37,548 nt of DNA from NCBI GenBank assembly GCA_024279555.1, contig JAJRRK010000012.1, forward strand, positions 1 to 37,548, read 5' to 3'. The position numbers were made by a program, and so were the translations under genes. The notes beneath the pieces are model-generated. The model was not told where the DNA came from. It worked only from the letters and a program-made list of their open reading frames with translations, and ran no database searches. Positions 1-9,401 of the stretch are shown here, one piece after another; positions within the stretch are counted from its first letter, which is position 1; the number at the start of each line of letters is the position of its first letter. The DNA comes from Campylobacterales bacterium (lineage in GTDB: Bacteria; Campylobacterota; Campylobacteria; Campylobacterales; Sulfurovaceae).

Positions 1-280
1 CCAGCCACTGTGCGACCTCTTCTTTGGTAAACACATCCTCCATACTCCACATCCGCTTGATGTGTTTGGCTTTGGTAAACTCTTCGCGTACCACACCCCC
101 GACACGCTGTGTCGGAGAATCCGACCGTATCTGTTCTGGATGTGCCTCTTCATAGGCAAGCACTTCATGGTAGAGCCTGTCGTACTCCTCATCGGTCGCA
201 ATTGGATTGTCCTTGACATAGTAGGCGTACGCCCATTGTTTGAGGGTTTCTACTTTTTGGTTGTACTCTGATTGTGTCAT
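1..280 (-). CDS. ligA: NAD-dependent DNA ligase, N-terminal part (runs off the window)
   Basis: Not in the ORF track. Manual translation from ATG at 280 gives MTQSEYNQKVETLKQWAYAYYVKDNPIATDEEYDRLYHEVLAYEEAHPEQIRSDSPTQRVGG...HIKRMWSMEDVF, the classic LigA N-terminus (YY..D.P..D.EYD, DSPTQRVG). It follows folP as in Campylobacter. Confidence 0.96.
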   Translation of the reverse strand, partial: MTQSEYNQKVETLKQWAYAYYVKDNPIATDEEYDRLYHEVLAYEEAHPEQIRSDSPTQRVGGVVREEFTKAKHIKRMWSMEDVFTKEEVAQWL

Positions 281-320
281 CTCTGTTTTTTCCATTCAGG
301 GAGAAATTATAAATTGGTAT

Positions 321-329
321 ATTTTATCA
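321..329 (-). promoter_or_regulatory. Extended -10 box (TGATAAAAT) upstream of ligA
   Basis: Matches the Campylobacterota sigma70 TGnTAaAAT motif about 40 nt upstream of the ligA ATG. Confidence 0.45.
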
Positions 330-331
330 TT

Positions 332-1477
332 TTATGCGTTTGAAACAGCCTGCCACACCGCCAGGCCCTGCCTGTGCTCCGCCACATCGTGACAACGCAC
401 GATATTTGCGCCGTTTTCAACCGCTTTGAGATGCAGCGCCAACGTACCGGGCAGTCTCGCTTCGGTCGGGGTGGTGGTGATCTTGTCTATCATCGACTTG
501 CGGCTGGCACCGATGAGCACTTCGCACCCAAACGAGGTGAAGTGGCGCATATTTTTGATGAGCATGAGATTATGCTCAAGAGTTTTGCCAAAACCGATGC
601 CCACATCGAGGATGATATCTTCCCGTTGCAATCCCAGCGCCTCACACTTGGCAATACGCTCCTCAAAAAAGGCGCTCACCTCTGCGGTCACATCCTCATA
701 ATGCGGATTGCGCTGCATAGTCTGTGGGGTGCCTTGCATATGCATGATGCAGAGCTTCGCATGATATTGTACTGCCAGGTTGATAATGGCTTCATCACTC
801 GCACCGGTGATATCATTGATAAGGGTAAATCCGCTCTCCAAAGCATACTTAACCACGGTAGGCGTGTAGCTGTCAATGGAAAAAACCGCTTTTTCATACA
901 GCCCTTTGGAAGCGATCGCATCACAGATGGGCTTGATGCGTTCGAGTTCGACAAGCTCGCTCACCGGTTTGGCTCCGGGGCGGGAAGAGACTGCACCGAT
1001 GTCGATGATGTCAGCTCCCTCATCAATCATCTGCTCTATCCTTGCAACGGCATCTTTTGCCTGAAAGCGGCTGCCGGCATAGAAACTGTCGTCATTGGCG
1101 TTAATGACCCCCATGATCTGCAGCGGATAGTTTGAGGTAGAAAGAAATCGCTTCAACTCCTGCGCCAAGCTTTTCAGCCCAAAGGGTTGTGCCAGCTCTT
1201 TGCGCGAAAGGATCTCAATATGTTTTTTCGTACCGATCAGTATGCAGTCATAATGCGTTTTCTCACAGGTGATTACTCCGCCAGGTACGGCAAGTTCCGC
1301 ACCGATGCTCAATGCATCCTGTTTAAGGATGTTCGCCGCGGGGGTACGGAGCTCTTTGATGTAAAAGTACATCATCTCCATCTTCTTTGCCATGATGGCA
1401 ATGCCCCCGCTCTCCACCCCGAGTGCCTTCAAAGCCGCTTTTTTGTCGGCGATGTCCCCCAGTCTGTAAAGCTGCAT
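332..1477 (-). CDS. folP: Dihydropteroate synthase with Campylobacterota-type N-terminal extension
   Basis: Motifs IMGVINANDDSFY, DIGAVSSRPG, SIDSY, LINDITG, DVGIGFGK, GASRKSMI and IVRCHDV. There is an N-terminal extension of about 115 aa containing ANILKQDALSIGAELA. Confidence 0.96.
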   Translation of the reverse strand: MQLYRLGDIADKKAALKALGVESGGIAIMAKKMEMMYFYIKELRTPAANILKQDALSIGAELAVPGGVITCEKTHYDCILIGTKKHIEILSRKELAQPFGLKSLAQELKRFLSTSNYPLQIMGVINANDDSFYAGSRFQAKDAVARIEQMIDEGADIIDIGAVSSRPGAKPVSELVELERIKPICDAIASKGLYEKAVFSIDSYTPTVVKYALESGFTLINDITGASDEAIINLAVQYHAKLCIMHMQGTPQTMQRNPHYEDVTAEVSAFFEERIAKCEALGLQREDIILDVGIGFGKTLEHNLMLIKNMRHFTSFGCEVLIGASRKSMIDKITTTPTEARLPGTLALHLKAVENGANIVRCHDVAEHRQGLAVWQAVSNA

Positions 1478-2001
1478 TATCCTTCTTGGCTCTCACTCTT
1501 GTTTTTGTTGAATGCGTCACTGGGGATAAACACCAGACAGGCAAAGACGATCAGATTAAAGATATTGCTGACCAAACTCCCCTGAGACATCTGCGTATCC
1601 ACAGCCGCTGTGGGTATCTGCCCCTGCACATCCGCCACCGCAACACTCATCTGTGTCTGCTGTGCAGGAAACAGTACCTCAAGCACGATGGAGATGAGAA
1701 TGATCGCCACGACCGTACCCCATGCCGGCAAGCCCATATCACGGATGCGTTTTGCCATGATGTTAAGATTTGCCACAAGCAGAGCCATAAAAAAGAGGAA
1801 AAAGAAGAGTATTACCATAATCCCCATACTTTCCACGATTGAAGCAGACGGTATTGCAAAGGCTTCCTGCACCCCGCCTGCAAGCATAATAGTACCAAAC
1901 AATACCGCCATACCGATGACCATCAACAGTACATCATACCCCAGATAGGCAAGTCTCTTGAGCCTGCCCTCTTTCCATTCACCAAAATAAATGTTCCACA
2001 T
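1477..2001 (-). CDS. DUF805-like inner membrane protein
   Basis: GRLKRLAY near the N-terminus, AKRIRDMG.P.W motif, several hydrophobic segments, AAGGAG RBS. The stop overlaps the folP start (TAATG). Confidence 0.75.
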   Translation of the reverse strand: MWNIYFGEWKEGRLKRLAYLGYDVLLMVIGMAVLFGTIMLAGGVQEAFAIPSASIVESMGIMVILFFFLFFMALLVANLNIMAKRIRDMGLPAWGTVVAIILISIVLEVLFPAQQTQMSVAVADVQGQIPTAAVDTQMSQGSLVSNIFNLIVFACLVFIPSDAFNKNKSESQEG

Positions 2002-2038
2002 TACTCACTCCTTTAAAATTTGACTTTACATACGTTGT

Positions 2039-2047
2039 AGTATAGCA
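2039..2047 (-). promoter_or_regulatory. Extended -10 box (TGCTATACT) for DUF805-folP
   Basis: TGnTATACT in the short holB/DUF805 spacer, about 38 nt before the ATG. Confidence 0.55.
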
Positions 2048-2052
2048 GATTA

Positions 2053-2685
2053 TCAGCGTTTTTTCTTCGCCAACAGCTTCAAAAGCAGTGCAATCAAAAC
2101 AAACTGCGGCGGAGAGCCGACATCGAGCGCCACAAAAGCGTTCTTGAAGAGTTCGAGGGTTTTTTCATCAAGGTTGTATTTTCCCGACATCATCGCCTCT
2201 TTGGCAATGCGCTCAACAATACGCTTCATACGCTTGGCATCGGTGCGTTTGTGCTCCTGTACAAACGTATAGACACCCGCAAGGGTCAGTTGGGCGACAT
2301 CCAGCCCCAATTCCTCTTCAAGTCTCTCTTCGGAAAGCACTTTAACAGGCAGTCTGGATCGGATGGTAGGCAGAATGCTTGCTTTGCCGAGAGTGATGAG
2401 GATAAACTCTTTTTTAGGCGGCGGCTCTTCGATGACCTTCAACAGTTTGTTCTGTACGATGGGTGAAAAGCTTTTGGCTGCAAGAATGATGACTGTCGTC
2501 TCCTCGCTTGCCATATAGGCTTTTTCAATGGCGAGTTTGGCGTCTTCAACTTTGAATGTGTCATCTTTGGGATCGAGCTTGACAATCTCGACAAAGCGTT
2601 CATGTGTACGCAGCGAGCGCAGGATCTCTAGGGTTCCTTCAATGTCACTGCTGATGAGAACCTGGCTGTTGAGTGTCATGGTCAT
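2053..2685 (-). CDS. holB: DNA polymerase III subunit delta' (short Campylobacterota form)
   Basis: QNKLLKVIEEPP and ILPTIRSR clamp-loader motifs; lies downstream of hobA. Confidence 0.88.
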   Translation of the reverse strand: MTMTLNSQVLISSDIEGTLEILRSLRTHERFVEIVKLDPKDDTFKVEDAKLAIEKAYMASEETTVIILAAKSFSPIVQNKLLKVIEEPPPKKEFILITLGKASILPTIRSRLPVKVLSEERLEEELGLDVAQLTLAGVYTFVQEHKRTDAKRMKRIVERIAKEAMMSGKYNLDEKTLELFKNAFVALDVGSPPQFVLIALLLKLLAKKKR

Positions 2686-3227
2686 GACTCGAGGTCGAGC
2701 TCTCCAAAAAGCGCCTGGGAGAGGGTCAAGTCGAAGAGCTTGTAGAGCTGCAGCAGTTTGATGTCGAGCATCTCGTCACTGCTTCTGAGCGCAAAGCTGT
2801 TCTCGACCTCTTCATCCATGATCCAGAGAAAACTGTCATCACAGCGGTAGGCGAGTTTGGTGAAGGGGTGGTTACCCTTTCCCACATACCAGATGAAGTA
2901 GCCGTTGGGGTAGGAGAGATCGAGCATATCTTCGAGCAGTTGAAGATCTTGTGTATTGGAGAACTCTCCAAGAGAAGGAAACATCTTTGCCATAGGAAAA
3001 ACAGGCAGCAGTGGTCGGTTCTTTTGAATATTATTGATATTCTCAAGCACATATTTGCCGAACCATTTGCGGGGGATATCGGTTAACAGCAGCACGGTCT
3101 TCCCTGCAAGCATCTGATCGACCGCACTTTTGACAAGTGGTGCCCACTCGTAGCGGTGCTCCTCCATCCAGGAGAAACAGTCTTCCTCCCGAATAGTCTC
3201 GAGTGTCCACTTCAACAACTGCTGCAT
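2682..3227 (-). CDS. hobA: HobA family DnaA-binding replication initiation regulator
   Basis: About 181 aa with W.LETIRE, SWMEE.R.EW.PL, NRPLLP, FIWYVGK and DIKLLQLYKLFD. It sits between lysC and holB as in Helicobacter/Campylobacter. ATG at 3227 chosen over TTG at 3230. Confidence 0.9.
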   Translation of the reverse strand: MQQLLKWTLETIREEDCFSWMEEHRYEWAPLVKSAVDQMLAGKTVLLLTDIPRKWFGKYVLENINNIQKNRPLLPVFPMAKMFPSLGEFSNTQDLQLLEDMLDLSYPNGYFIWYVGKGNHPFTKLAYRCDDSFLWIMDEEVENSFALRSSDEMLDIKLLQLYKLFDLTLSQALFGELDLES

Positions 3228-3236
3228 CAAAGACTC

Positions 3237-4442
3237 TTACTTGTCCAACTCGTATGCTTCGTGCAGGATACGGATAGCAAGTTCTCCATACTTCTCGTCG
3301 ATGATCATGGAGACCTTGATCTCGGAGGTGGAGATCATCTGGATGTTGATGTTGTTGGCTGCCAACGCACTGAATGCCGTAGCAGCAACACCCGAATGCG
3401 ACTTCATGCCCACACCGACCACAGAGACTTTGCATACATGCTCGTCATAGTCCACACCTTCGATATCGTGATCGAACGAAGAGACGACCTGTTTGGCATT
3501 TTCAAGTTCACTTTGGGGAACGGTGAAGCCGAGATTGGTCTTGCCGTCGGTCCCTACATTCTGAATGATCATATCGACATTGATATTCTCTTGGGCCAGC
3601 TTGCTGAATATCTCCGCGGCGATGCCGGGTCTGTCGGAGACCCCTCTGAGTGTCACTCTTGCCTGGTTCTTGTCCAGAACCACACCGCTTACCAGTACTT
3701 CTTCCATATTTTCTGTCTCCTCTGTAATTAGTGTGCCTTCATTGTCGCTGAAGCTGCTGCGGGCATAGAGCTTGACCTTCAGCTTCTTTGCCAACTCTAC
3801 CGAACGGTTCTGCAAGACTTTCGCTCCAAGTGATACCAGTTCAAGCATCTCGTCATAGCTGATGACATCGAGCTTCTTCGCATTGGGTTCGATGCGAGGA
3901 TCGGTCGTATAGATGCCGTCCACATCCGAATAGATCTCACACTGATCCGCTTTGAGCGCACCCGCAAGTGCCACAGCAGAGAGGTCTGAACCGCCGCGCC
4001 CGAGTGTCGTGACCGAACCATCTTTGTTGATCCCTTGAAAACCTGCCACAACAACGATCTTGCCCTCTTTGATAGCATTTTGCATCGCAGTAGGATCGAT
4101 CTTTTCGATGCGGGCATAGGTGTGCAGATCGTCTGTGACGATCCCCGCCTGACGGCCGGTCATCGCCACCGCATCATACCCTTTGGCCTGCAGTGCGATG
4201 GAGAGCAACGCTGCGGTGACACGTTCACCCGAACTGAGCAGCATATCCATCTCTTTTTTCGCCGGGTTCTTCGTGAAGTGTTCTGCATAGCTTATCAGCT
4301 TGTTGGTCTCTCCGCTCATTGCCGAGACGACGATCACAAGATCCTTACCCTCATCTCTGGCTTTGGCGACACGGTTCGCGACATTCTCGATGCGGTCAAG
4401 GTCACCGACACTTGTTCCGCCGTATTTCTGTACCACTAACAT
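3237..4442 (-). CDS. lysC: Aspartate kinase
   Basis: VQKYGGTSV, VVSAMSGET, TTLGRGGSD, DVDGIYTTDPR and two C-terminal ACT domains. Confidence 0.97.
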   Translation of the reverse strand: MLVVQKYGGTSVGDLDRIENVANRVAKARDEGKDLVIVVSAMSGETNKLISYAEHFTKNPAKKEMDMLLSSGERVTAALLSIALQAKGYDAVAMTGRQAGIVTDDLHTYARIEKIDPTAMQNAIKEGKIVVVAGFQGINKDGSVTTLGRGGSDLSAVALAGALKADQCEIYSDVDGIYTTDPRIEPNAKKLDVISYDEMLELVSLGAKVLQNRSVELAKKLKVKLYARSSFSDNEGTLITEETENMEEVLVSGVVLDKNQARVTLRGVSDRPGIAAEIFSKLAQENINVDMIIQNVGTDGKTNLGFTVPQSELENAKQVVSSFDHDIEGVDYDEHVCKVSVVGVGMKSHSGVAATAFSALAANNINIQMISTSEIKVSMIIDEKYGELAIRILHEAYELDK

Positions 4443-4916
4443 CTAAATCAATCCCTCTTGCATAAAATAGTCGATGACCTTCCGATAAACTTTGCGTTTA
4501 AAATAGGTCACTCTTTTAAACAGCTCTTCATACGCTACGAACTCATACTCTTCAAACTCCGGTATCTCGAACGCTTTAAGGTCTATTTTGGCATCCTCTT
4601 TGAGCCTGACCAGAAAATACTTCTGTGTCTGACCGTCATAGGGGTAGCACTTGCCTCTGGCCACTTTGGGGAAATCGTAGGTGATCCACTCGGGGAACTC
4701 ACCCAGTATCTCCACATCGTTACAGCCGATCTCTTCGAGGAGTTCTCTTTTGAGGGCTTCTTCCGGGGTCTCACCCTCGTCGATCCCCCCTTGCGGGAAC
4801 TGCCATGCATTCTTGATATCACTTCGGTGGGCAATGAAAAACTCACACTTTTCCGGATATTTTGGCGAGAGTATGACCGCAGCGACATTGGGGCGATAAC
4901 GCTTCTTTGTCTGCAT
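4443..4916 (-). CDS. rppH: RNA pyrophosphohydrolase (Nudix)
   Basis: [36 protein letters not shown] Nudix box and GQTQKYF. Confidence 0.94.
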   Translation of the reverse strand: MQTKKRYRPNVAAVILSPKYPEKCEFFIAHRSDIKNAWQFPQGGIDEGETPEEALKRELLEEIGCNDVEILGEFPEWITYDFPKVARGKCYPYDGQTQKYFLVRLKEDAKIDLKAFEIPEFEEYEFVAYEELFKRVTYFKRKVYRKVIDYFMQEGLI

Positions 4917-5056
4917 AATTCACACTCATCTTTGATAATATTTGATTTTAAAATGAAATCCCTCTCCCGAGATTTCGACAATTTAGAGTAAACTCTGAAA
5001 TTTCTGATATGATTTTATCTAAAATACCATTACAAGCTAATGAAAAGAGCCTGCCG

Positions 5057-6166
5057 ATGCTAGCCTATATTCACATCCCCTACTGTGACTCCAAATGCCA
5101 CTACTGCAGCTTCAATTCCTATGTCGATAAGTTCGATACACGGGCATCCTACATGCAGGCGCTTTGTGAGCAACTTCGCTTTGAACTTGAACGGTTCAAC
5201 GCCGCACCTGGCAGCATCGAAACCCTCTTCATCGGAGGGGGTACCCCCTCCACGGTCGATCCCACACTCTACGAACCGATCTTCGAACTGCTCTCACCCT
5301 ACCTACAAAAGGGAGCAGAGATCACCACCGAAGCCAATCCCAATTCAGCTACCGAAAACTGGCTTCGTGGTATGAAAAAACTGGGGGTCAACCGTGTCAG
5401 TTTCGGGGTACAAAGCTTCGATGCGAACAAGCTTAGAGCCCTCAACCGTGCCCACTCACCGGCACAGGCAAGAGAGGCGGTTTTGGCTGCCAAAGCACTG
5501 GGATTTGAACACCTCTCCATCGACCTCATCTACAACTACCAAGGTGACACCCAAACGCTTTTGCAAAACGATATCAACGAAGCCTTTAAACTCCCCATCG
5601 ACCATATTTCCGCTTATGAGCTCACCATTGAAGGGGGTACGAAGTTCGCAGCGACCCCCCAAGTACGGCAGGAGGACGAAAACCTCTCCTTTTTTGTCGC
5701 AGAAGAGATCACCAAACGGGGATTCAACCACTATGAGATCTCCAATTTCGGAACATATCAAAGCCGGCACAATCAAGGATACTGGGAACTCAAAGAGTAC
5801 ATCGGAGCAGGCGCAGGCGCGGTCGGTTTCAGACGTCTGGCTTCAAATGATATATCACAAGGTAATGTATCGTCTGCGGGTCTGACTGCCGCTACACGCT
5901 TTTACCCGCAGACAGATATCGAAGCCTATATCGCCGATCCGCTGAAGATCACCCAAGAGCCTCTCACCACAGAAGAGCTGCTGACCGAGAGGATCTTTCT
6001 GGGGCTGCGAAGCAACATAGGTATAGCCACAGAGATTTTGCCCGATCCGATGCGCCATAGAGCCGAGGAGCTTGTAGCCGAAAAAAAACTGACACAAGAT
6101 GCCGCATACTATCGCAATCCGAACTTCTTCCTTGCCGATGCGCTCGCACTCTACCTTTTAGAATAA
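5057..6166 (+). CDS. hemW: Radical SAM heme chaperone HemW (HemN-like)
   Basis: YIHIPYCDSKCHYCSFN CxxxCxxC motif, FIGGGTPS, EANP, NRVSFGVQSF, YEISNF and HNQGYW. Start placed at ATG 5057, where family members begin. Confidence 0.9.
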   Translation: MLAYIHIPYCDSKCHYCSFNSYVDKFDTRASYMQALCEQLRFELERFNAAPGSIETLFIGGGTPSTVDPTLYEPIFELLSPYLQKGAEITTEANPNSATENWLRGMKKLGVNRVSFGVQSFDANKLRALNRAHSPAQAREAVLAAKALGFEHLSIDLIYNYQGDTQTLLQNDINEAFKLPIDHISAYELTIEGGTKFAATPQVRQEDENLSFFVAEEITKRGFNHYEISNFGTYQSRHNQGYWELKEYIGAGAGAVGFRRLASNDISQGNVSSAGLTAATRFYPQTDIEAYIADPLKITQEPLTTEELLTERIFLGLRSNIGIATEILPDPMRHRAEELVAEKKLTQDAAYYRNPNFFLADALALYLLE

Positions 6167-6206
6167 TTCGATAAAATACATCACTAATTTTTTATGAAGG
6201 CAGACC

Positions 6207-6683
6207 ATGTTTGGCATCGGATTTACCGAAATACTTCTTATCGCGATCATCGCCATATTGTTTCTGGGGCCGGACAAGCTCCCCGAAGCGATGGTACAGA
6301 TCGCCAAATTCTTCAAAAGTGTCAAAAAAACCGTCAATGATGCAAAAAGTTCACTCGAAGAGGAGATGCGGATCGCCGACCTCAAGGAAGAGGCACTCAG
6401 CTACAAACAGAAACTCGATAGTGCGACCAGTGAACTGCAGGGATTCAAGAACATCTCAATGGATGATATCCTCGACGAACCCGCAGTCATAGAAGAAAAA
6501 CCCTCTTCGGCTGCGGTCAAGGGTGCCTATGCGGATGAAGCCAAACCTACGACACAGGTTGAACCCAAAATGGAAACGGTGACCTTCAAGAAAAAAGAGA
6601 AGACCTTCATCACCGAAACAGAAACGTCCAAAACGACTGAAAATCTGACAGACAGCACACCCAAAGAGGGGGACAAAGCCTGA
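6207..6683 (+). CDS. tatB: Twin-arginine translocase subunit TatB
   Basis: MFGIGFTEILLIAIIAILFLGPDKLP TM-hinge-amphipathic helix; directly upstream of tatC. Confidence 0.92.
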   Translation: MFGIGFTEILLIAIIAILFLGPDKLPEAMVQIAKFFKSVKKTVNDAKSSLEEEMRIADLKEEALSYKQKLDSATSELQGFKNISMDDILDEPAVIEEKPSSAAVKGAYADEAKPTTQVEPKMETVTFKKKEKTFITETETSKTTENLTDSTPKEGDKA

Positions 6684-7696
6684 TGTTCGAAGAACTGCGC
6701 CCCCATCTGGCAGAGCTGCGTAAGCGACTGGGACTTTCCGTACTATCGGTCTTTATCGGTTTCATTATCGCCTTTACCTTCCATGAGGCGATCCTCGCAT
6801 GGATCACCGCACCGCTGGACCATGCACTCAGTGAAGTCAAACAGAACATTACCCATAAAAGCATGACACAGTGGCACATCGACGTCAATGCCTCCCAACA
6901 ACAGACAAAAGAGTCCCAGACGAAGCAGACAGATACCACTGACGATGCCGGCATCCATGCTGCACAGTCTCTCTCCCGTGCACTTTCCGAAGCAGCACAG
7001 AGTGCCCAGGGTAAACTCTCGGCTTCTCTTGAAAAAGCGGCAAAGGCTGCCAATGAACTGGCTGCTTCCCTCAAAGCTTCCGAGGTCTTCAACCCGCAAG
7101 TAACCACCCATCAGGTAGCAGGGACTTTCTTTGTCGCACTGAAGGTCTCCTTCTTCGCAGGTCTGCTCATGGCAATGCCGTTCATACTCTACCAACTCTG
7201 GCTCTTTGTCGCACCGGGGCTCTACAGCCATGAAAAGAAGATGGTATTGCCTTTTGTCATTGGTGGATCGATCATGTTCCTTGTAGGTGTACTCTTTGCC
7301 TACTACATCGTCACTCCTTTTGGCTTCCAGTTCCTCATCACCTTTGGGTCGTTCCTCTATACACCGCTCATCAACATTGAGGATTATGTCGGCTTCTTTA
7401 CCAAAATCATGCTCGGTTTCGGGATCGCCTTTGAACTGCCGGTCTTTGCTTACTTCCTTGCGCTGTTGGGTCTGGTGACCGACCGTAACCTCAAAGACTT
7501 CTTCAAGTATGCTGTGGTGATCATCTTCGTTCTTGCCGCACTGTTGACACCTCCTGACATCCTGACACAGCTGCTGATGGCGGCACCGCTGGTCATACTC
7601 TATGGTATTTCCATCCTTATCGTCGCCGCGGTCAACCCGGACAAAAGCGATGAAGAGGATGAGGAAGATGAAACTACAGAGGCGGACAAAGCCTAA
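6683..7696 (+). CDS. tatC: Twin-arginine translocase subunit TatC with an enlarged first periplasmic loop
   Basis: HLAELRKRL, YQLWLFVAPGLY..EKK, FGIAFELP and AALLTPPD motifs. Confidence 0.95.
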   Translation: MFEELRPHLAELRKRLGLSVLSVFIGFIIAFTFHEAILAWITAPLDHALSEVKQNITHKSMTQWHIDVNASQQQTKESQTKQTDTTDDAGIHAAQSLSRALSEAAQSAQGKLSASLEKAAKAANELAASLKASEVFNPQVTTHQVAGTFFVALKVSFFAGLLMAMPFILYQLWLFVAPGLYSHEKKMVLPFVIGGSIMFLVGVLFAYYIVTPFGFQFLITFGSFLYTPLINIEDYVGFFTKIMLGFGIAFELPVFAYFLALLGLVTDRNLKDFFKYAVVIIFVLAALLTPPDILTQLLMAAPLVILYGISILIVAAVNPDKSDEEDEEDETTEADKA

Positions 7697-8716
7697 ATGT
7701 CCGCAGAACTGCTGACAGAGAGCTATGACTATGTGCTCCCTAATGGGTGCATCGCCACTGAACCCGTTCATCCCAGAGACCATGCCAAACTGCTTGTCTA
7801 TGACAGAGCTACCGATACCGTAACCCACACCACATTCAAGCATCTGCTCGATTTTCTGCCCGACTGTGATGTCTTTCTCAACGATACCCGTGTCATCAAG
7901 GCACGCATCTTCGGTCACAAAGCCAGCGGTGGCAAGGTAGAACTGCTTTTCAACAAGCCGCTCGATGCCCACCGTTACCTCGTCATGATACGCGGGAAGG
8001 TACGCGAAGGCACCGAGCTTTTCTTTGGAAAAGAGCTGGTTGCAACCGTTGTGGGACTCAATGAGGACGGTTCACGCATCGTCACCTTTACCCAAAACGG
8101 CGAAACGATTCGCTTCGAAACACTTGTGGGCATACTCGATGAAATAGGACATATCCCCCTGCCACCCTATATGCAGCGTGAGGACAGAGAGGAGGATGAG
8201 ACCGATTACCAAACCCTCTTTGCCCAAAATGCAGGCGCAGTGGCTGCCCCTACTGCCTCTTTGCACTTCACCCCCGAACTTCTCGAAAGGCTCAAGGCAA
8301 CCCACCCTACCCATACCCTGACACTACATGTGGGTGCAGGCACATTCAAGCCTGTCGAGGTGGAACATATTCTCGACCATCCCATGCACTCGGAGTTTTT
8401 TCATATCCCCGATATGTCCACCAAAGTACTCGACAGCGACAGACCTGTTCTTGCCATCGGCACAACTGTCACACGCACCATCGAATACTATGCCCGTACA
8501 GGCAAAAAAGAGGGGGAGTGTGACCTCTTTTTAAATCCGTACAATCCGCCGCAGAGAGTCACCCATCTACTCACCAACTTCCACTTGCCTAAAAGTACGC
8601 TTATTATGCTCGTAAGTGCTTTCATCGGGAGAGAAAAAACGTTACAATTATATAAGGAAGCTATTGCAGAGGGTTACCGCTTTTTTTCATACGGAGATGC
8701 AATGCTCATACTCTAA
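7697..8716 (+). CDS. queA: tRNA preQ1 S-adenosylmethionine ribosyltransferase-isomerase
   Basis: NDTRVIKAR, PLPPYM, YQT.FA, GAVAAPTASLHF, TLHVGAGTF, TNFHLPKSTL and YRFFSYGDAM. Confidence 0.97.
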   Translation: MSAELLTESYDYVLPNGCIATEPVHPRDHAKLLVYDRATDTVTHTTFKHLLDFLPDCDVFLNDTRVIKARIFGHKASGGKVELLFNKPLDAHRYLVMIRGKVREGTELFFGKELVATVVGLNEDGSRIVTFTQNGETIRFETLVGILDEIGHIPLPPYMQREDREEDETDYQTLFAQNAGAVAAPTASLHFTPELLERLKATHPTHTLTLHVGAGTFKPVEVEHILDHPMHSEFFHIPDMSTKVLDSDRPVLAIGTTVTRTIEYYARTGKKEGECDLFLNPYNPPQRVTHLLTNFHLPKSTLIMLVSAFIGREKTLQLYKEAIAEGYRFFSYGDAMLIL

Positions 8717-8728
8717 AAGGAGTACATT

Positions 8729-9361
8729 ATGCGATCAATTCTAACCATTGTCATTGCTTTGACCCTGCTCTTACTTACCGGCTGTAAAGACCCTAAACCC
8801 TACAGCTATCCCAACTACGACATTATCAAACCGGACAAAGTTTGCAAACCCAATCGAAAGAACATCCAGGCACTGCTTGACTCCTATCTGGGAAAACCCT
8901 ATGTCTGGGCCGAAGAGGGTCCTTATGCCTTTGACTGCTCAGGTCTGACCTATAATATCTACAATAAAATGGGGATCGAGATTCCACGGACCGCAAGAGA
9001 GCAGGCAAAAGTCGGGAAAAGAGTCACCCTTAAAGATCTGCACTATGGTGATCTCATCTTCTTTGGCTCCACCAACAAGCGCAATAAGCGCATTTCCCAT
9101 GTGGGAATGTATCTGGGAGACGGCTGGTTTGCCGAAGCAAGCAGCAAGAAACGAAAGGTTGTTCTCACCAACTTTAAAAAAGAACCCAAATACCTCAGAC
9201 GCATCAAGGTATGTCGCCGCTACCTGAGCAAAGATGAACGTGCCAAATATATGAACTGTGATGCCCCGCTTCAAAAAATGGAAGAGACAAGCATGCGATA
9301 CACAACCCCATGGACACCGGATAAAGGTCTGCCAAGACATGCCGTACCGAAACGCGGATAG
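8729..9361 (+). CDS. NlpC/P60 (C40) peptidase lipoprotein
   Basis: Lipobox LLTG-C19; GKPYVWA..G...FDCSGLT; GDLIFF; HVGMYLGDG; AAAGGAG RBS. Confidence 0.92.
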   Translation: MRSILTIVIALTLLLLTGCKDPKPYSYPNYDIIKPDKVCKPNRKNIQALLDSYLGKPYVWAEEGPYAFDCSGLTYNIYNKMGIEIPRTAREQAKVGKRVTLKDLHYGDLIFFGSTNKRNKRISHVGMYLGDGWFAEASSKKRKVVLTNFKKEPKYLRRIKVCRRYLSKDERAKYMNCDAPLQKMEETSMRYTTPWTPDKGLPRHAVPKRG

Positions 9362-9389
9362 CCATGCCCGTTTTTAACATCTCCTGTCC

Positions 9390-9395
9390 TATAAT
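9390..9395 (+). promoter_or_regulatory. -10 box TATAAT 6 nt before the ATG (possible leaderless transcript)
   Basis: TATAAT-gacact-ATG, with no SD between them. Confidence 0.55.
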
Positions 9396-9401
9396 GACAC
9401 T

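Noticed and set aside
62-271. 69-aa plus-strand ORF
   Set aside because: Antisense to the ligA 5' end.
6743-7972. 409-aa minus-strand ORF
   Set aside because: Lies antisense to tatC/queA, has no recognisable motifs, and is best explained as a shadow of sense-strand codon bias.
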